From the NCBI GenBank assembly GCA_951406725.2, contig OX597817.1, positions 37,510,001 through 37,574,000 of the forward strand: 64,000 bases of DNA. Reading direction: 5' to 3'. Source of the DNA: Octopus vulgaris. Taxonomy: Eukaryota. Below the pieces are notes generated by a model. It ran no database searches and was not told the origin of the DNA. It saw only the letters and a program-made list of their open reading frames with translations. This document shows, piece after piece, positions 44,185-59,013 of the stretch (position 1 is the stretch's first letter; the number at the start of each line of letters is the position of its first letter). The translations under genes and the position numbers were made by a program.

Positions 44185-44380
44185 AGAAGTAATTTCTACT
44201 CTTCTCCTCTGGAAGCCATCTACTCGCAATACCAGAGGGCGCAGACTCTCCTACCCAGATGTAATCTCCAGGGATACAGGCATCCAGCAACAGGACCTCC
44301 GTAATTCCATGATGGACCGTGAAGTCTGGCGTAGCATGGTAAATTCCATTGTCTCGACCACGGTCGAACAATGATGATGA
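44185..44380 (+). mobile_element. LINE 3' end (RTE-X/Proto2-like)
   Basis: LLLWKPSTRNTRGRRLSYPDVISRDTGIQQQDLRNSMMDREVWRSMV followed by a (TGA)n tail. Confidence 0.7.
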
Positions 44381-44492
44381 AGGATAGGAGAGGTTTCGTA
44401 TGTCTTCCTGTGACTACATCGGTACCAAAACGAGTCATACTCGCTTATGAGTGGCAGCTCTGGTACGTTTGTGTGTACATACATGTGTGAAA

Positions 44493-45117
44493 ACGCGTGC
44501 CTTAGTGGTTAATGTATTCAGCTCACGATCGAGACATTCTGAATTCGATTCCAGACGGCACGCCCTGTCCTTGAGCAAGATACTTTATTTCGCATTGCTC
44601 CAGTCAACACAGCTGGCAAAAACGAGTGGTAATTGGAGTCCCTGGAGTGCTCAGCTACTTGTACGTTAATTTCTCGAGTAAGCTCTTTCCGTTCATCGAA
44701 TCAACTGGAACACTCGTCATCGTAGCCAACGAAGAGCCAGGCAGTAGATATATACATTTGTGTGAGTGCGTGTGTATGTATGTATGTATGTGTGAAGGCG
44801 CGTAGCTTAGTGGTTAGGGGCATTCGGCTCATGATCGTAAGGTCGTGAGTTCAATTCCCGGAGGGGCGTTGTGTCCTTGAGCAAGACACTTTATTTCACG
44901 TTGCTCCAGTCCACTCAGCTGGCAAAAATGAGTAGTACCTTTATTTCAAAGGGCCAGCCTTGTCACACACTGTATCGCGCTGAATCTCCCCGAGAACTAC
45001 GTTAAGGGTACGTGTATTTGTGGAGGGCTCACCCACTTACACGTTAATTTCACAAGCAAGCTGTTCCGTTGATCGTATCAGTTGGAAACCTCGTCGTCGC
45101 AACCGTCGGAGTGCTCC
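44493..45117 (+). mobile_element. Two tandem SINE family D copies (CORE-like domain)
   Basis: tRNA head plus GTGTCCTTGAGCAAGACACTT...CTCAGCTGGCAAAAATGAGTA, at 44493-44740 and 44797-45117. Confidence 0.85.
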
Positions 45118-45179
45118 TGTATGTATGTATGTATGTATGTATGTATGTATGTATGTATGTATGTATGTATGTATGTATG

Positions 45180-45210
<31 letters not shown>

Positions 45211-45659
45211 TTGTTGCTCAAATGCCCGAGACTTGAAAATTTTGTGTAACCTCTTGTCAACTGCTAAGCTGGCCTTAATAGCTATATTATCATAGAAAAT
45301 ACTTTGTACCGCTTCTCGAAAGAAACCTATTTTCTTTCCTCTATAACGTACTTTGTCTTGAGATAATCAAAAATAAAGTTGACGTTCGCGAGATTTGAAC
45401 TCAAACTACAGGCATTCGATTCAAATAATGCATGCCATTTTAGGTGAGTCACTGAAGATTCTGTCAGTTCGTCATCATTATATATATGTGTGGGTGTATA
45501 ATGTCTGTATATGTGTGTGTGTGTGTGTGTGTGCTTGTGTAGGTCTGCGTGTGTTTTGTTTTTGGTCCGTGTGTGTGTGTGTATGAGTGCTGTAACATAA
45601 TAATATAAATACATCTGAATATCACAATATATATATAAGTGTGAGTGTACGTGTGCGTA

Positions 45660-45695
<36 letters not shown>

Positions 45696-45817
45696 CAAAT
45701 GTGTGTGTGTATATATATATTTATATATATGTGTATGTGCGTATATATATTTATATACACTTGTGTATATAAAAACATACATAAATGGATCTATGTGCAT
45801 ACAAACACACACATACT

Positions 45818-45952
<135 letters not shown>

Positions 45953-46365
45953 TGTGTGTATGTATAATCATACTCTCACATTAATGCAGTCAATGAGCCT
46001 AACTTTCGTTGATTTATGTTGAGATTGAAATCATCCGTGTTACAATCGGCAAAGAAAAGTAAAGAACAATTTTATAGGTAAGGAAATTTACCAGAAGGAA
46101 AAGCAGCTTTTCCCCCAACCCCGAAAAAAAAATACACAAGACACCAATGCTGAACACCAATTACACACGTATGCAGTTTATACCCAGCAATGACGTCAAA
46201 ATGTTGGCGCCAGAATATGTAATCTTGAGGAACCAATAGACATTAAGACAAACGGACAAAATGGCGTCTTTCTGAGTCACACTATGATAACACATGCAAC
46301 ACAGTTCTAATTATGTACATTTTCCCTCTCAGCTGCTTGTTTACTTTCTTTCTGTCTTTCTCTCT

Positions 46366-46410
<45 letters not shown>

Positions 46411-46439
46411 ATAGAAACATACACACACGCGCACACTTG

Positions 46440-46441
<2 letters not shown>

Positions 46442-46488
<47 letters not shown>

Positions 46489-46614
46489 GTATATCTATAT
46501 GTATGTATATGTATATATATATATATATGTATATATATATGTGTATATGTATATATATATATGTATGTATATGCATGCATATGTATATGTATATATATAT
46601 ATATATATATATGA

Positions 46615-46649
<35 letters not shown>

Positions 46650-46684
46650 GTATATATATATATATATATATATGTATATGTATA

Positions 46685-46732
<48 letters not shown>

Positions 46733-46861
46733 GTATATGTATATATATATGTATATGTATATATATGTATATGTATATATGTATATGTATATATATGTAT
46801 ATGTATATATATATATGTATATATATATATATGTATATAAATATATATGTATATGTATATA

Positions 46862-46892
<31 letters not shown>

Positions 46893-46905
46893 GTATATAT
46901 ATATG
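46442..46905. repeat. (AT)n/(ATGTAT)n degenerate microsatellite
   Basis: Direct reading. Confidence 0.9.
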
Positions 46906-47302
46906 CGCATACATGTACATAATAAACATACGTGCATATATTTATAATACACACATATATACATATGCACATACGTTTATACATATGCACATACACACAA
47001 ATGCATATATACACATGTATATTTATATATATTAAGCTTTTTCACCATCAGTAAAACTGCGTCTGTATACATTTATATATCTACTTATCTACATATATAC
47101 ATACATACATACAAAGACATTATATCCAGGTAGATAGGTATAAAATATTTGCCGTAGACATATGTACATATGAGATTCGCACGTGCGCGCGAATTCAGAT
47201 ATATTTACGTATAAAAATATTTTTCATATATACCTACTTTCGCATATGTATGCATATATATATATATATATTACATTCACAGACGTGTGCCGGTATAAGT
47301 AT

Positions 47303-47391
<89 letters not shown>

Positions 47392-47872
47392 ACATTTATA
47401 CGATGTGCATATATGTTTGCTCATGGTAATGTGTATGTATAAATATATATATATGCATAAATGATGTATGTGTGTGTATAGTCTCACGCACACACATACC
47501 TAGACATCCATTACGGGTCTCGCTACCGTCCCCTTCGGCACCACAGCTAATTTACCGCTAACGTTTCATTCCCTTCCTTTCTCTTTCTCTTATACCATCC
47601 TCCCCTCACCCCACCCGATCGACCCTGTTTTATTGCTCCATGCGGTTTCTACTGATATCAATGGGAAGACATTCGCAATGGTCTTAATAAGTTTATTTTG
47701 CATTGACGTCACTCCACGATAGAACGCCGAGGCAGTCTTAGAAAAATAACAAGGTTAAGATGATCCTGGCCAGACGGGACATAGCTTATAGAAACAGCGA
47801 ACTTAGTGCAGTATCTGCAGCCACTTGGGTTATCTTTGTTATAGGTTAATGTTGTTGTTGGTAGTGATGGTG

Positions 47873-47935
<63 letters not shown>

Positions 47936-47940
<5 letters not shown>

Positions 47941-48361
47941 TAGTTTTATTTTCATAACGTGCTTTCACTTCACTACCGAGCGCAGCTCTCTGTATGCCTT
48001 AGGTATGTACTGTGGTTTGCTGTGATGCTCTTATGGTTACTGTATTGAAAGTGTTTTGCGTAGGATGTGTGCAGTTGCCCAGTAGTGCTATTTTCTGTAT
48101 GTCATATATATTTGTAAGTCCTGGTGTTTTTTTTATGTATCTATCTGAATATTTTTTATCATACCTAATGCGCCCACTGTGATAGGAATTGTTTCTGTTT
48201 TTAGATTTCACATTCGGGTTACCTCTATATCCAGGCCTTTGTATTTTGAAAGTTTTTCCATTTCTTTTAGAGAAACGTTGTCATCCGCGGTATTGATACA
48301 TCAATTAAAAAGCAATTTTTTTTCTGCATGATCTCTGACAACTATAGTTGGTCTATTGGCC
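47936..48361 (-). mobile_element. R4/Dong-clade LINE 3' end (RLE domain and 3' UTR) in a (TAA)n tract
   Basis: ANRPTIVVRD..LIDVSIP..KEMEKLSKYK..TIPI.VGALG..IQKIALLG, ending in (TAA)n. Confidence 0.85.
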
Positions 48362-48382
48362 TTATTATTATCATCATTATTA

Positions 48383-48590
48383 AAGGCGGCGAGCTGGCAG
48401 AAACGTTAGCACGCCGGGCGAAACGCTTAGCGGTGTTTCGTTTGTCTTTACGTTCTGAGTTGAAATTTCGCCGAGGTCGATTTTGTCTTTCAGGGTCGAT
48501 AAATTAAGTACCAGTTGCGTACTAGGGTCGATCTAATCGACTGGACTCCTTCCCAAATATTTCGGGCCTTGTGCCTAAAGTAGAAAAGAT
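48383..48590 (+). mobile_element. SINE family B
   Basis: Same head and central domain, flanked by (TTA)n. Confidence 0.85.
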
Positions 48591-48607
48591 TATTATTATT
48601 ATTATCA

Positions 48608-48680
48608 TTCAGTAGTTTTATTTTTATAACGTGCTTTCACTTCACTACCGAGCGCAGCTCTGTGTGCCTTGGGTATGTGC
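48608..48680 (-). mobile_element. Second, very short R4/Dong 3' UTR copy
   Basis: Near-identical to 47936-48010 and flanked by (TTA)n. Confidence 0.8.
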
Positions 48681-49074
48681 TTATTATTATTATTATTGAG
48701 AGAGAGAGAGCAATGCTTGCCATCAAAGTGACACTGGAGTAAAATATACGAAGCTCAGTACACCCATCATGATTACCCGTCTGATAAGGGTACACCAGGC
48801 ACATGCATCACAACCATATGTGTGCGACATGGTGATCTCATATCAAAATAACCAGCGCATGACCTCGCAGGTGGGGCCCAGTTAGAATTTTCTTCAGGTC
48901 GAGTAGCCCATCCCGCTCAAAAGGTCCCTGAATAAGGTTTGTTTAAAGATATTGAACGAAAAACCCATGTTTCCAGAAGTGAATTATCCAAAACCCCAAA
49001 ATACTTCCCGACTACTTCTGCTCGTGGTCAGGGATGCACATAACGTCAGCCATTTATCTGTATGTTCAAATCCT

Positions 49075-49400
49075 AGCTTTCTAAATAGCTCCCAGTGGAT
49101 TTCCTAAATTGTCATGTCTTTTCTTGAATTCTTTCTGTGCCCGCATGCTACATTCACTTACTATATGAGTAACGCGTTCCTCTTTTGATTTGCATAATCT
49201 ATATTCGGAATCTACTTGGTTTTTGACTATCTTGGCTGTTATCCAATTGATCCTTAATGCTTGATCTTGTGCAGCTACTAACAAATTTTCTGTCTCCCTC
49301 TTCAGCTTTCCTTTCTGCAGCCATAACCATGTCTCACTACTACTATTTGCTGCAACTATCTTTGGGAATCTACCATGCAACACCTTCTACTGCCAGTCAG
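49075..49400 (-). mobile_element. R4/Dong-clade LINE fragment (zinc-knuckle region)
   Basis: LHGRF...TWLWLQKGKLKRETENLLVAAQDQAL...RLCKSKEERVTHIVSEC...KKRHD. Confidence 0.85.
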
Positions 49401-49914
49401 ATAATTTCTGTTTTTTTCTGAATTTTAAGTTCGTTTGGTGTTTTGGTTTCCCTATGCCTTGCCCTTCCCTATGCCGACACAGACGACCACCTGTTACCCT
49501 ATACTATGATTATGTTTTACACATTAGCTATAATGCTAAGTTTAATTCCTCTTATAGACATGTCCAAAAGATGAGTTGGTCTCCATTGGTCTAATACGTA
49601 TATCAATACTGCTAATCATCAATTAATAGATATATTTGATTGCGAAAGTCGTGCAATTAAATCGATCGTCTGATAACCATGAAATATTCTAAGAAAGTGG
49701 AGGACCATAGTTGCTGTAGGTAATGTAGGTGTAAAATGACTGATGATTCCTCGGCTTGCACTATTCAGTTGTAATCATCCACTCTATGTGTATGTTTATA
49801 CATGGTGAGATAGAAGGGCAGCAAATCCTTGTATTAGGTCAGTGTGTAAATACAGGATACAGAAATAGATAAATGGATGTGTATATGTGCGTGAGTGTGC
49901 GCGTATATATCTAT

Positions 49915-50055
<141 letters not shown>

Positions 50056-50679
50056 TACATAAGTGCGTATATATTTATATATATATATATATAGATAGAT
50101 AGATAGATATATATATATATAGATATATATATATATACACAGGTTCGTGTATGTGTGTGTGTGGTAAAAAAAAGTCAGTCATAGTATAACTGGGATTTCC
50201 GGGCCCAGTTAATATATTAATTAAGCAATCATAAAAAAATTACATTAACGTACTCCTTTGCGATATACAAAATATACAAAGCTTCTGATGAGATTATAAG
50301 AAGTATATATAATGCATAAAAATAAGTTGCTTCCTCTTAGCGATAAGAAATTTGAAGTAGAAAACTAACGGTGACTAAAGAAGAAGAGGAGAACACAGAG
50401 GTAGAAAGAGGTCAAAGAATAAGAATAAGAAAGGAAAATCGAAATAATATGGCCGAAGTATAAATAAAAATGAGAATAAAATTCAAAATCATATAATGAA
50501 TATATGACGTGAATAAATTGCGTTCAGAAATAATATTAGGTTACTGTAGAGGTGAAATGAGTTCACTAATGTCAAGTTATAATAATAATAGTCAATATAT
50601 ATGAGTAGAATCAACATGTATGATTGTGTGTGTGTGTGTGTGCGAGTGTAAACATATAAATGTATTAAGTTTATGTGAA

Positions 50680-50731
<52 letters not shown>

Positions 50732-51232
50732 CATAAATATATACATCTTATCAGTTTAGAAAATGGAACATATTTCACCTCTATTGGTATCCAACTATAT
50801 TCTTGAACTCAATTTAGTCTTCTCATACAATTTTCATTTTTATTTCGGTTCTTATTCCCCTTCTTTTCATCAATTTCCTTAATGCTTCCCATTTTTACCA
50901 TTCTTCACACACACACACTATTACTTTTTCTGTGGTTTTCTTTTTCCCCTTTTCTTCTCAAATACTTATTTTTAAATTTTAATTTCCATTTCGGTAAAGA
51001 TGGGAAAAAAAAGTAGTCGTGATCTTTACAATACTTCAACTCTATATGCAACTACCGGAAGTTTTGTATATGTTTAATACGCCAGAGCATTTGATAGGGG
51101 TGACTTTTCTCGGCTTAATTCATTACGTAAGTGTGCTATATATAAATGGCGGTGCCCCAGCATGGCCACAGGTCATTAGCTGAAACTGGAAAATCAAAAT
51201 CAAAATATATACATACACGCATGCACACACAC

Positions 51233-51267
<35 letters not shown>

Positions 51268-51349
51268 TTTACATATACATACATTGTGACTGCGTGTGTA
51301 TCGTTGGCGATTTTCTTTCTCCATCTTCCCTTCTTTGAACTATTTCTAT

Positions 51350-51384
51350 ATTTCTGACGAAGAGCTCTGCTCGAAACGTGAAAT
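51350..51384 (+). ncRNA. Minimal Penelope-type hammerhead relic
   Basis: ATTT-CTGACGA-A-GAGC TCT GCTC-GAAA-CG-TG-AAAT. N17=G, so probably inactive. Confidence 0.6.
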
Positions 51385-51474
51385 CCTCTTTCTTTTCTTT
51401 CCTGAGCGTCCAATAACACTGTACTGATTCCACGTCGTTGCATTGTTGTTTTTCTTGCTTGTTCATGTTTGGAT

Positions 51475-51540
<66 letters not shown>

Positions 51541-52607
51541 GTATGTGTGTATGTATGTATGTGTCAGGGGCGTGCACTCTCAGGTATGCAAGGTATGCGT
51601 TGCATGCCCTGTGATTTTTTTATCCATATGATCGGAAAATTAGATAAAATAGTTACTTTGTTTCAAAGAAAATCCGTCCAGTTGTATTTTGTCTCCCCTT
51701 CCCTCTCAGTGACTCTACTTCTGCTTTTAGAAGTCATGCATTGACAAGACCAGCATGTTAGACACTCCCTCTCTGTCTCAGTTTGTCCTTCCTTCCTCTC
51801 TCTCTCTCTCTCTTAGTGACTGTTTAAAAGACATGCTAAGAGGATAGGGCATTTGAAATATTTTTACCCCTTCCTCTTTCTTTTAGTGGCTATGCTGTGG
51901 GACGACCCGCATGACCTCCCTCTCTGTCTCTTAGTTTGTCCCTCCTTCCTCTCTCTCTTTTAGTGAATTGATAAAACAGATGCTAGGAGGAAAGGTTGTT
52001 CATAATATTTTGTACCCCCTTCCTCTTTCTCTCAGTGGCATGTCATGCTATGAGCTGACCGCATGATACCCACTTTCTGTATCTTTCTGTTTTGTTGAAA
52101 TTGACTTACAATTTACGCCGGCGCTTCCACGTGTGTTCGTATATTTTCGTATATTTTACGAAATGAGTGAAATGTGTTATAAACGATATTTTGAGAAATA
52201 GTTTTTCGAAAGGAGAATTCGATGGAAAATAATTAATTATATCGGTGGGAGACCAACACCGAAAAGGGATAATGCATTAGATAACATTGTTAAAAAAAGA
52301 TTTCCGAAGGCAACAGCCTCACGGCTTATTATTACCACAAAGTAAAAATTATCATTTCATAATCAGCCTTTTTGAGCACATCATTGAAAATCCTGAAGCA
52401 TGGGATGATACCACCATAAATTCAGCAATTGGATTCTTACAAACTTTAAAAGCTCCTGATTTCTTATTTTTGTTAGAAGTATTCAGTGAGATTTTTTCTT
52501 TTTTCATATTTAACATCCTCAGAGTAAAAGTCATAACATAGTGTATTGTAAAGATCAAATAGATAAAACTAGAACTGTACTCGAAAACAAACTTGATAAT
52601 TTTTCAA

Positions 52608-52930
52608 TCTCTTTTACTTGTTTCAGTCATTTGACTGCGGCCATGCTCGAGCACCGCCTTTAATCGAGCAACTCGACCCTGGGACTTATTCTATCGGTCT
52701 ATTTTGCCGAACCGCTAAGTAACGGGGATGTAAACACACCAGCATCGGTTGCCAAGCAATGCTAGGGGAACAAACACAGACGCACAAACACACACACGCA
52801 TATATATACATATATACCACGGGCTTCTTTCAGTTTCCGTCTACCAAATCCACTCACAAGGCTTTGGTCGGCCCGAGACTATAGTAGAATACCCTTGCCC
52901 AAGGTGCCACGCAGTGGAACTGAACCCGGG
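52608..52930 (-). mobile_element. SINE family A inserted in the hAT transposase remnant
   Basis: High similarity to the 20260 copy. Confidence 0.9.
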
Positions 52931-53146
52931 GGGAAAAATATGGAGTCGATGCAGGAATCGGAATTCAGAGATCCAAGAATATATCTATTGAGCCCCAACG
53001 ACATTATAAAATGCTTTATAACAAAATTATCAGTACAATAGTTGACCAAATAAAAGCACGATATTCATCCTTAGAAGAGTTTAAATTCATGGAACTTTCG
53101 AATTTCAACAAATTTGATGAGTATTGCAAACAATTTAAAAATCATG

Positions 53147-53381
53147 GGTACTATTTAAGAAGAGTGGTCCCACTCGAGCATCCACGCCAGCTAGTCGTGA
53201 CTAGTCGATCCTTACTTTGTGTTTTATTTACTTTGTTAAAAACATTATTTACTTTGTGTTTTATATATTTTGTTTTAAAAATTTATTTACTTTGTTAGAT
53301 AGTCGTAGGATCGACTAGTCACGACTAGCCAGCGCGGATGCGCGAGCGCGCGCAACGGGACCACTCTTCTTAAATAGTACC
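53147..53381. mobile_element. MITE-like element inside the hAT
   Basis: TIR GGTACTATTTAAGAAGAGTGGTCCC extends imperfectly to about 65 bp around an AT-rich core. No clear TSD. Confidence 0.75.
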
Positions 53382-53832
53382 AGGGCGACGTTTTTTTTTA
53401 TTCTAGGTCATACGGGGGTGATTACATATTCAGAATCTCCCATATGTAAATCGTAGGAATTCGAAAATTTTTTTTACTGAAAAATTGCCCCCGGGGGGGG
53501 TGGGGGCAAAGAAATTCATTGCATGCCCAGCCCCGGAAGTCACCGCACGCCACTGGTATGTGTTTATCTATCTATATATATACACAGGTGTGTATGATTG
53601 TGTATGAAAGAATATATTACTCAAAGAAATTCCAACTTTGATTGTCACGTTTTATTTACAATCTTATAATAATATAGTATATGATAATATAATATAATAA
53701 AATGATAGAATATTAAATGTCCATTCTGATTGAACTAGTACTTTCTTGCATTAAACTATGCAATTTTCAGGTTCATGTAGTAGTGGTGACAGTGATGTTT
53801 TACAATATACAACTGTTGTAACTTTCTTTGAG

Positions 53833-53874
<42 letters not shown>

Positions 53875-54621
53875 CGAACTTATTTCACTTTCCATATATC
53901 ATATCTACTCGCCTGGCTTTGGTCAGCCCAGGGTTATAGTAGAAGACACTTGCCAAAAGTGCCATGTAGTGATATGAGAGCCATCAATACCCGGTTGATA
54001 GATATAAATGTTATGCAATCAGCAGTTTATGACCGCAAGCTGTTTCGTGAAATTATGGCTTAGTTCTTTCATTCAGGCTACCTCTTTTAAGTTTCCTATC
54101 ATTCTCCAGCCGATTGAATAAGATATGAAATGTAAAACTGGGGGAGGATTTACTTATTTGCTGTGTCTATAGTCAGATTGAATTTGGATGTGTGTACGCA
54201 AGTGCAAACATGAATTTTATAACTTCTGTTTGAGTGTAAGTTATATAACAATAGAGTGTGTGTGTGGGTGAATGTTTCTGTATATGTGCCTGTATGCGCG
54301 AAAAGGAGAGCGGGAGGGTAACTTGAAATATAAAATACGTATGCATAAATGTATACGTTTCTATAGAATATATTTCAGTGAGTTTTCATTGCTAGTATAT
54401 TGATTACGCAATACGTTTTTATTGATTGAATATATGTGTCTATATGGTTATACTTTTAATAGCTTAGTGAAAGTGGGGAGGTCAAAGACAGACCGTGACC
54501 TTTCTAAGAGCCCACTCCCACACCCGAACATGAGTGTTTATGTAATGAAATGATATTTTGTCTCTGTATGAGAATATAAACGCGTTGAGGTGTATATATA
54601 TATGTATATGTATGTATGTAT

Positions 54622-55014
54622 CTTTTACTTGTTTAAGTCATTAGACAGCAGCCATGCTGGAGCATCGCATTGAAGAAATTTAGTCCAACGAATCGACCCG
54701 AGGACTTGATTTTTTAAAACCTGATATTTATTCTCACGCTCTCTTTCACCGAACCACTATATTACGGGAACGGAAACATACCAGCGCCGGTTGTAAAGCG
54801 GTGGCAGGGGACAAACACTGACACACACACACGCACGCACGCACACACACGCACACACATATAATTATAATTAGGGTTCAGCTAACTACTTCACCACATA
54901 CCGAAATTAGAAATAGGGGTTAAAAATTCCTTTTCTACTACTATATGAATCTCCATTAATTTAAATTAATTAAATTAATTAATTAATTTTAGCCTTCTAT
55001 TATGAATTTAAAAT

Positions 55015-55071
<57 letters not shown>

Positions 55072-55200
55072 CACGACACGCTTTAAGTTTCTAGCAAATC
55101 CACTCAAACGGCTTTGGTAAACCCGAGGCTATAGTAGAAAACACCTGCCCAAGGTGCTCACGCAGTGAGACTGAACCTACGACCACGTGGTTTAAGAAGA
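54622..55200 (-). mobile_element. SINE family A, diverged, with internal insertion
   Basis: Tail at 54622-54830, head at about 55070-55200. Confidence 0.75.
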
Positions 55201-55649
55201 AAATTTCCATACAGACATACACACACAGCCATACACACACACACATCTTTGTAATTATTTGTGTTTACACCCGTGTATATATATGCTTTTCTGTGAAATC
55301 TTATTACGCTTTGGTGTCTGTACGTGTGTGAGGCGAGGTCTTGTTTGATTGCCTGTGAATACGCACTGTCAGTGTGTTGGAAGTGTATATAGTCTTGTGT
55401 GTGTGCGTGTGACTGAATGTTTGTTGTTTACTTATGTTTGAGAATATAGACATGTCTAGATATGAGTTTGTATAGATGCACATATATGCTGGTCATGCTT
55501 CCATACATGTATGCATAACGTGTGTGTGTGTGTGCGTTATTCATAACAATTTCTATTTCGCTCGGGGTTGCCTCAGGAACTGTCATATATTTGCATACAC
55601 ACACACATATATATATATATATATGCATATTATATATATATATATATAT

Positions 55650-55758
<109 letters not shown>

Positions 55759-55882
55759 TATATAGCAATTAAGGACAACTACTTAATAAGGAAAACTTAA
55801 CAAGAAATTGTCAGGTAGATAGCGTGAAAGACCTCATAAGAGAAAAAATTTCGAAAATAATTATTTCTTATCGAACATATTA

Positions 55883-56282
55883 ATTTATATATAGAGGGCA
55901 TTATACATACATGCCAGAGGGCATTATACATACATGCCACACGCTAAGAGGGACAATTAGTCATTTCTACCAAAAATTTTACTAATCCCACCGAATGCAA
56001 TTTTTCAAAGTAAGACATTTAAAAAATATAGACCTGTATCACTGTGATTTCATACAAGCGAGGCAGGGTCGTTTATTTATGATACGTCCAGGCCTGCTGA
56101 TGAATACGTAAGTATGAAATCACTGTGATACAGGTCTATATTTTTTAAATGTCTTACTTTGAAAAATTGCATTCGGTGGGATTAGTAAAATTTTTGATAG
56201 AAATGACTAATTGTCCCTCTTAGCGTGTGGCATGTATGTATAATGCCCTCTGGCATGTATGTATAATGCCCTCTATATATAA

Positions 56283-56284
<2 letters not shown>
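55883..56284. repeat. Fold-back inverted repeat (about 173-bp arms) with a hammerhead at the hinge
   Basis: 55883-56055 versus 56112-56284 is a near-perfect reverse complement, including an internal tandem duplication present in both arms. Confidence 0.95.
56091..56136 (+). ncRNA. Type I hammerhead ribozyme (minimal, palindromic stem III)
   Basis: GGCCTG-CTGATGA-ATAC GTAA GTAT-GAAA-TCAC T GTGA-TA-CAGGTC. Intact core, 4-bp stem II with a GNRA loop, 6-bp stem I with one G-U. Cleavage predicted after A56130. Confidence 0.85.
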
Positions 56285-56337
<53 letters not shown>

Positions 56338-56544
56338 CAGGGGATCTAATGCGCTTGGCTTAGATTTCCCTTGGCGCGCTGCCCATATCGGAGCAATCTC
56401 AAGATTAATCAGCCGAAATTGCTAAGATGATCTGGTTCTTGACTGATGACTGAGGGCTTCGAATGTCCCGTCCTGTGGTTCTTGTGTCGTCTCTGTGGTG
56501 TTTCATGTTCTTGTCCATGTCTGTGATTATTTTTACTGTTTACC

Positions 56545-57386
<842 letters not shown>

Positions 57387-57624
57387 TGCATATTACATAC
57401 ATATATCTGTAAATATATGTGACGATTACGAGGTCTCTTTCATTCTTTGTTGTCTTACTATTTCTATCAATATTACATAAAAATATATATATATATATAT
57501 ATTACATACACATATATATAAGCATACATATATACACACGCTTATATATATGAACATATGCATATATCATATACATACATACATACATACATACATACAT
57601 ACATACATACATACATACATACAT

Positions 57625-57663
<39 letters not shown>

Positions 57664-58136
57664 CATGCATGTTTGTATATATATATTTTTTGAGTGTCTG
57701 ATTATTTAAACAATACCTTCATCTTGACAGTTTCCAATTAATCTTTCCATTAATTCTTCCAACCTCCTTGTATTCTTTTTCCTTCTCTTCTTAGCTCTAC
57801 CTCTCACTACTCTTCTCTTTCTATTTCAATCTCCTCACCCTTCATGTTTGTTGTATATTTAATATCCATTTTCCATATTTATCTTACTTGTTCAATTTTA
57901 TAAATTTTTGTATTTCAGTCTGTCCCCACTCGCTTTATATATAACTTCTCTCTCCCCCTTTTTCACCCTTTCCTTCTCTTCCTCGTTCCACCCCTCTCAA
58001 TCTCGTTTCTACCTGTCTCTCTCTCTTGCCTTCTCTCCCTCCCTTTCGCCTTCTCATCTTCTTTCTCTATTCCTCCCTACTTCTCTCCACTTCGCTTTCC
58101 TACTTTTTATCACTCTCTGTCCCTCTCCTCCCGCCA

Positions 58137-58196
<60 letters not shown>

Positions 58197-58485
58197 TTAT
58201 AGTTTTCTCTTCCACTATCTTTGTCTGTATGAAATTTGTTCAAAAATATTTAACAAAAAGACCAGCTATGAATAAACAAGAGAACCTCTACGTGGTTAAA
58301 AGATCTCTTGGTAATAGCCGCCAAATCTTACTCAAATTACACCCGTCTTAAAAAAGGATACATAGGCTAATGCTCTGGATTTGTTGTACATTGGTTAGAA
58401 ACAGGATAGCCACTAGGTTACTCTTCATCCATAGGTCCACTTGGTTAAAGTAACCTAGGGCTAAGCAACAACAACAGCAACAGTG

Positions 58486-58672
58486 GAGACGCAATAGCCC
58501 AGTGGTTAGAGCAGCGGACTGGCGGTCTTAAGAACGCGGTTTCGATTCCCAGACCGGGAATTGTGAGTGTTTATTGAGCAAAAATACCTAAGCTCCACGA
58601 GGCTCCGGCGGAGGGGGGGCGGTGAACCCCGCTGTACTCTTTCACCACAACTTTCTCTCACTCTTTCTTCCT
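58486..58672 (+). mobile_element. SINE family C 5' part
   Basis: Matches 39578-39740. Confidence 0.8.
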
Positions 58673-58844
58673 ACTTCTACCACGAAGCAGAGGAACCATG
58701 GTGTAACCCACTATGGTGTGGCAAGCTTTCGACCCTAGTCTAGATTGCGAATCCTCTGCACCCCCAGAGAAAGAGAAAGAGAGAGAGGGAGATGAGACGG
58801 AAAAGGGGGAGGCAAGGAGATAAATATAGAACTTTCGTGTATAT

Positions 58845-59013
58845 ACATATATACGACGGGCTTCTTTCAGTTTCCGTCTACCAAATCCACTCACAATGTT
58901 TTGGTCGACCCGAGGCTATAGTAGAAGACATTTGCCCAAGGTGCCACGCAGTGGGTCTGAACCCGGAACCATGTCGTTCATAAGCAAGCTACCACAAAGC
59001 CACTCCTACGCCT
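58845..59013 (-). mobile_element. SINE family A 5' half
   Basis: acgacgggcttctttcagtttccg...agccactcctacgcc. Confidence 0.85.

Larger units (their letters stand above)
51565..53555 (+). mobile_element. Internally deleted hAT (Tip100-like) DNA transposon
   Basis: TIRs CAGGGGCGTGC and GCACGCCACTG, perfect 8-bp TSD GTATGTGT, subterminal repeats at 51690-52085. Transposase remnants GRPTPK, LFEHIIENPEAWDDTTINSAIGFLQTL..DFLFLLEVFSEIF and MLYNKIISTIVDQIKARYSSL. Confidence 0.9.

Noticed and set aside
50285-50310. Isolated CTGATGA (also 24986, 56444, and CTGAAGA at 40562)
   Set aside because: No correctly placed stem II/GAAA/UH. These may belong to Penelope-like repeats but cannot be called ribozymes.
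51887-51934. Acceptor followed by WLCCGTTR, a candidate tetraspanin CCG exon
   Set aside because: It lies in the hAT subterminal repeats, stops after 15 codons, has no donor and lacks the downstream DW/PxSC motifs.
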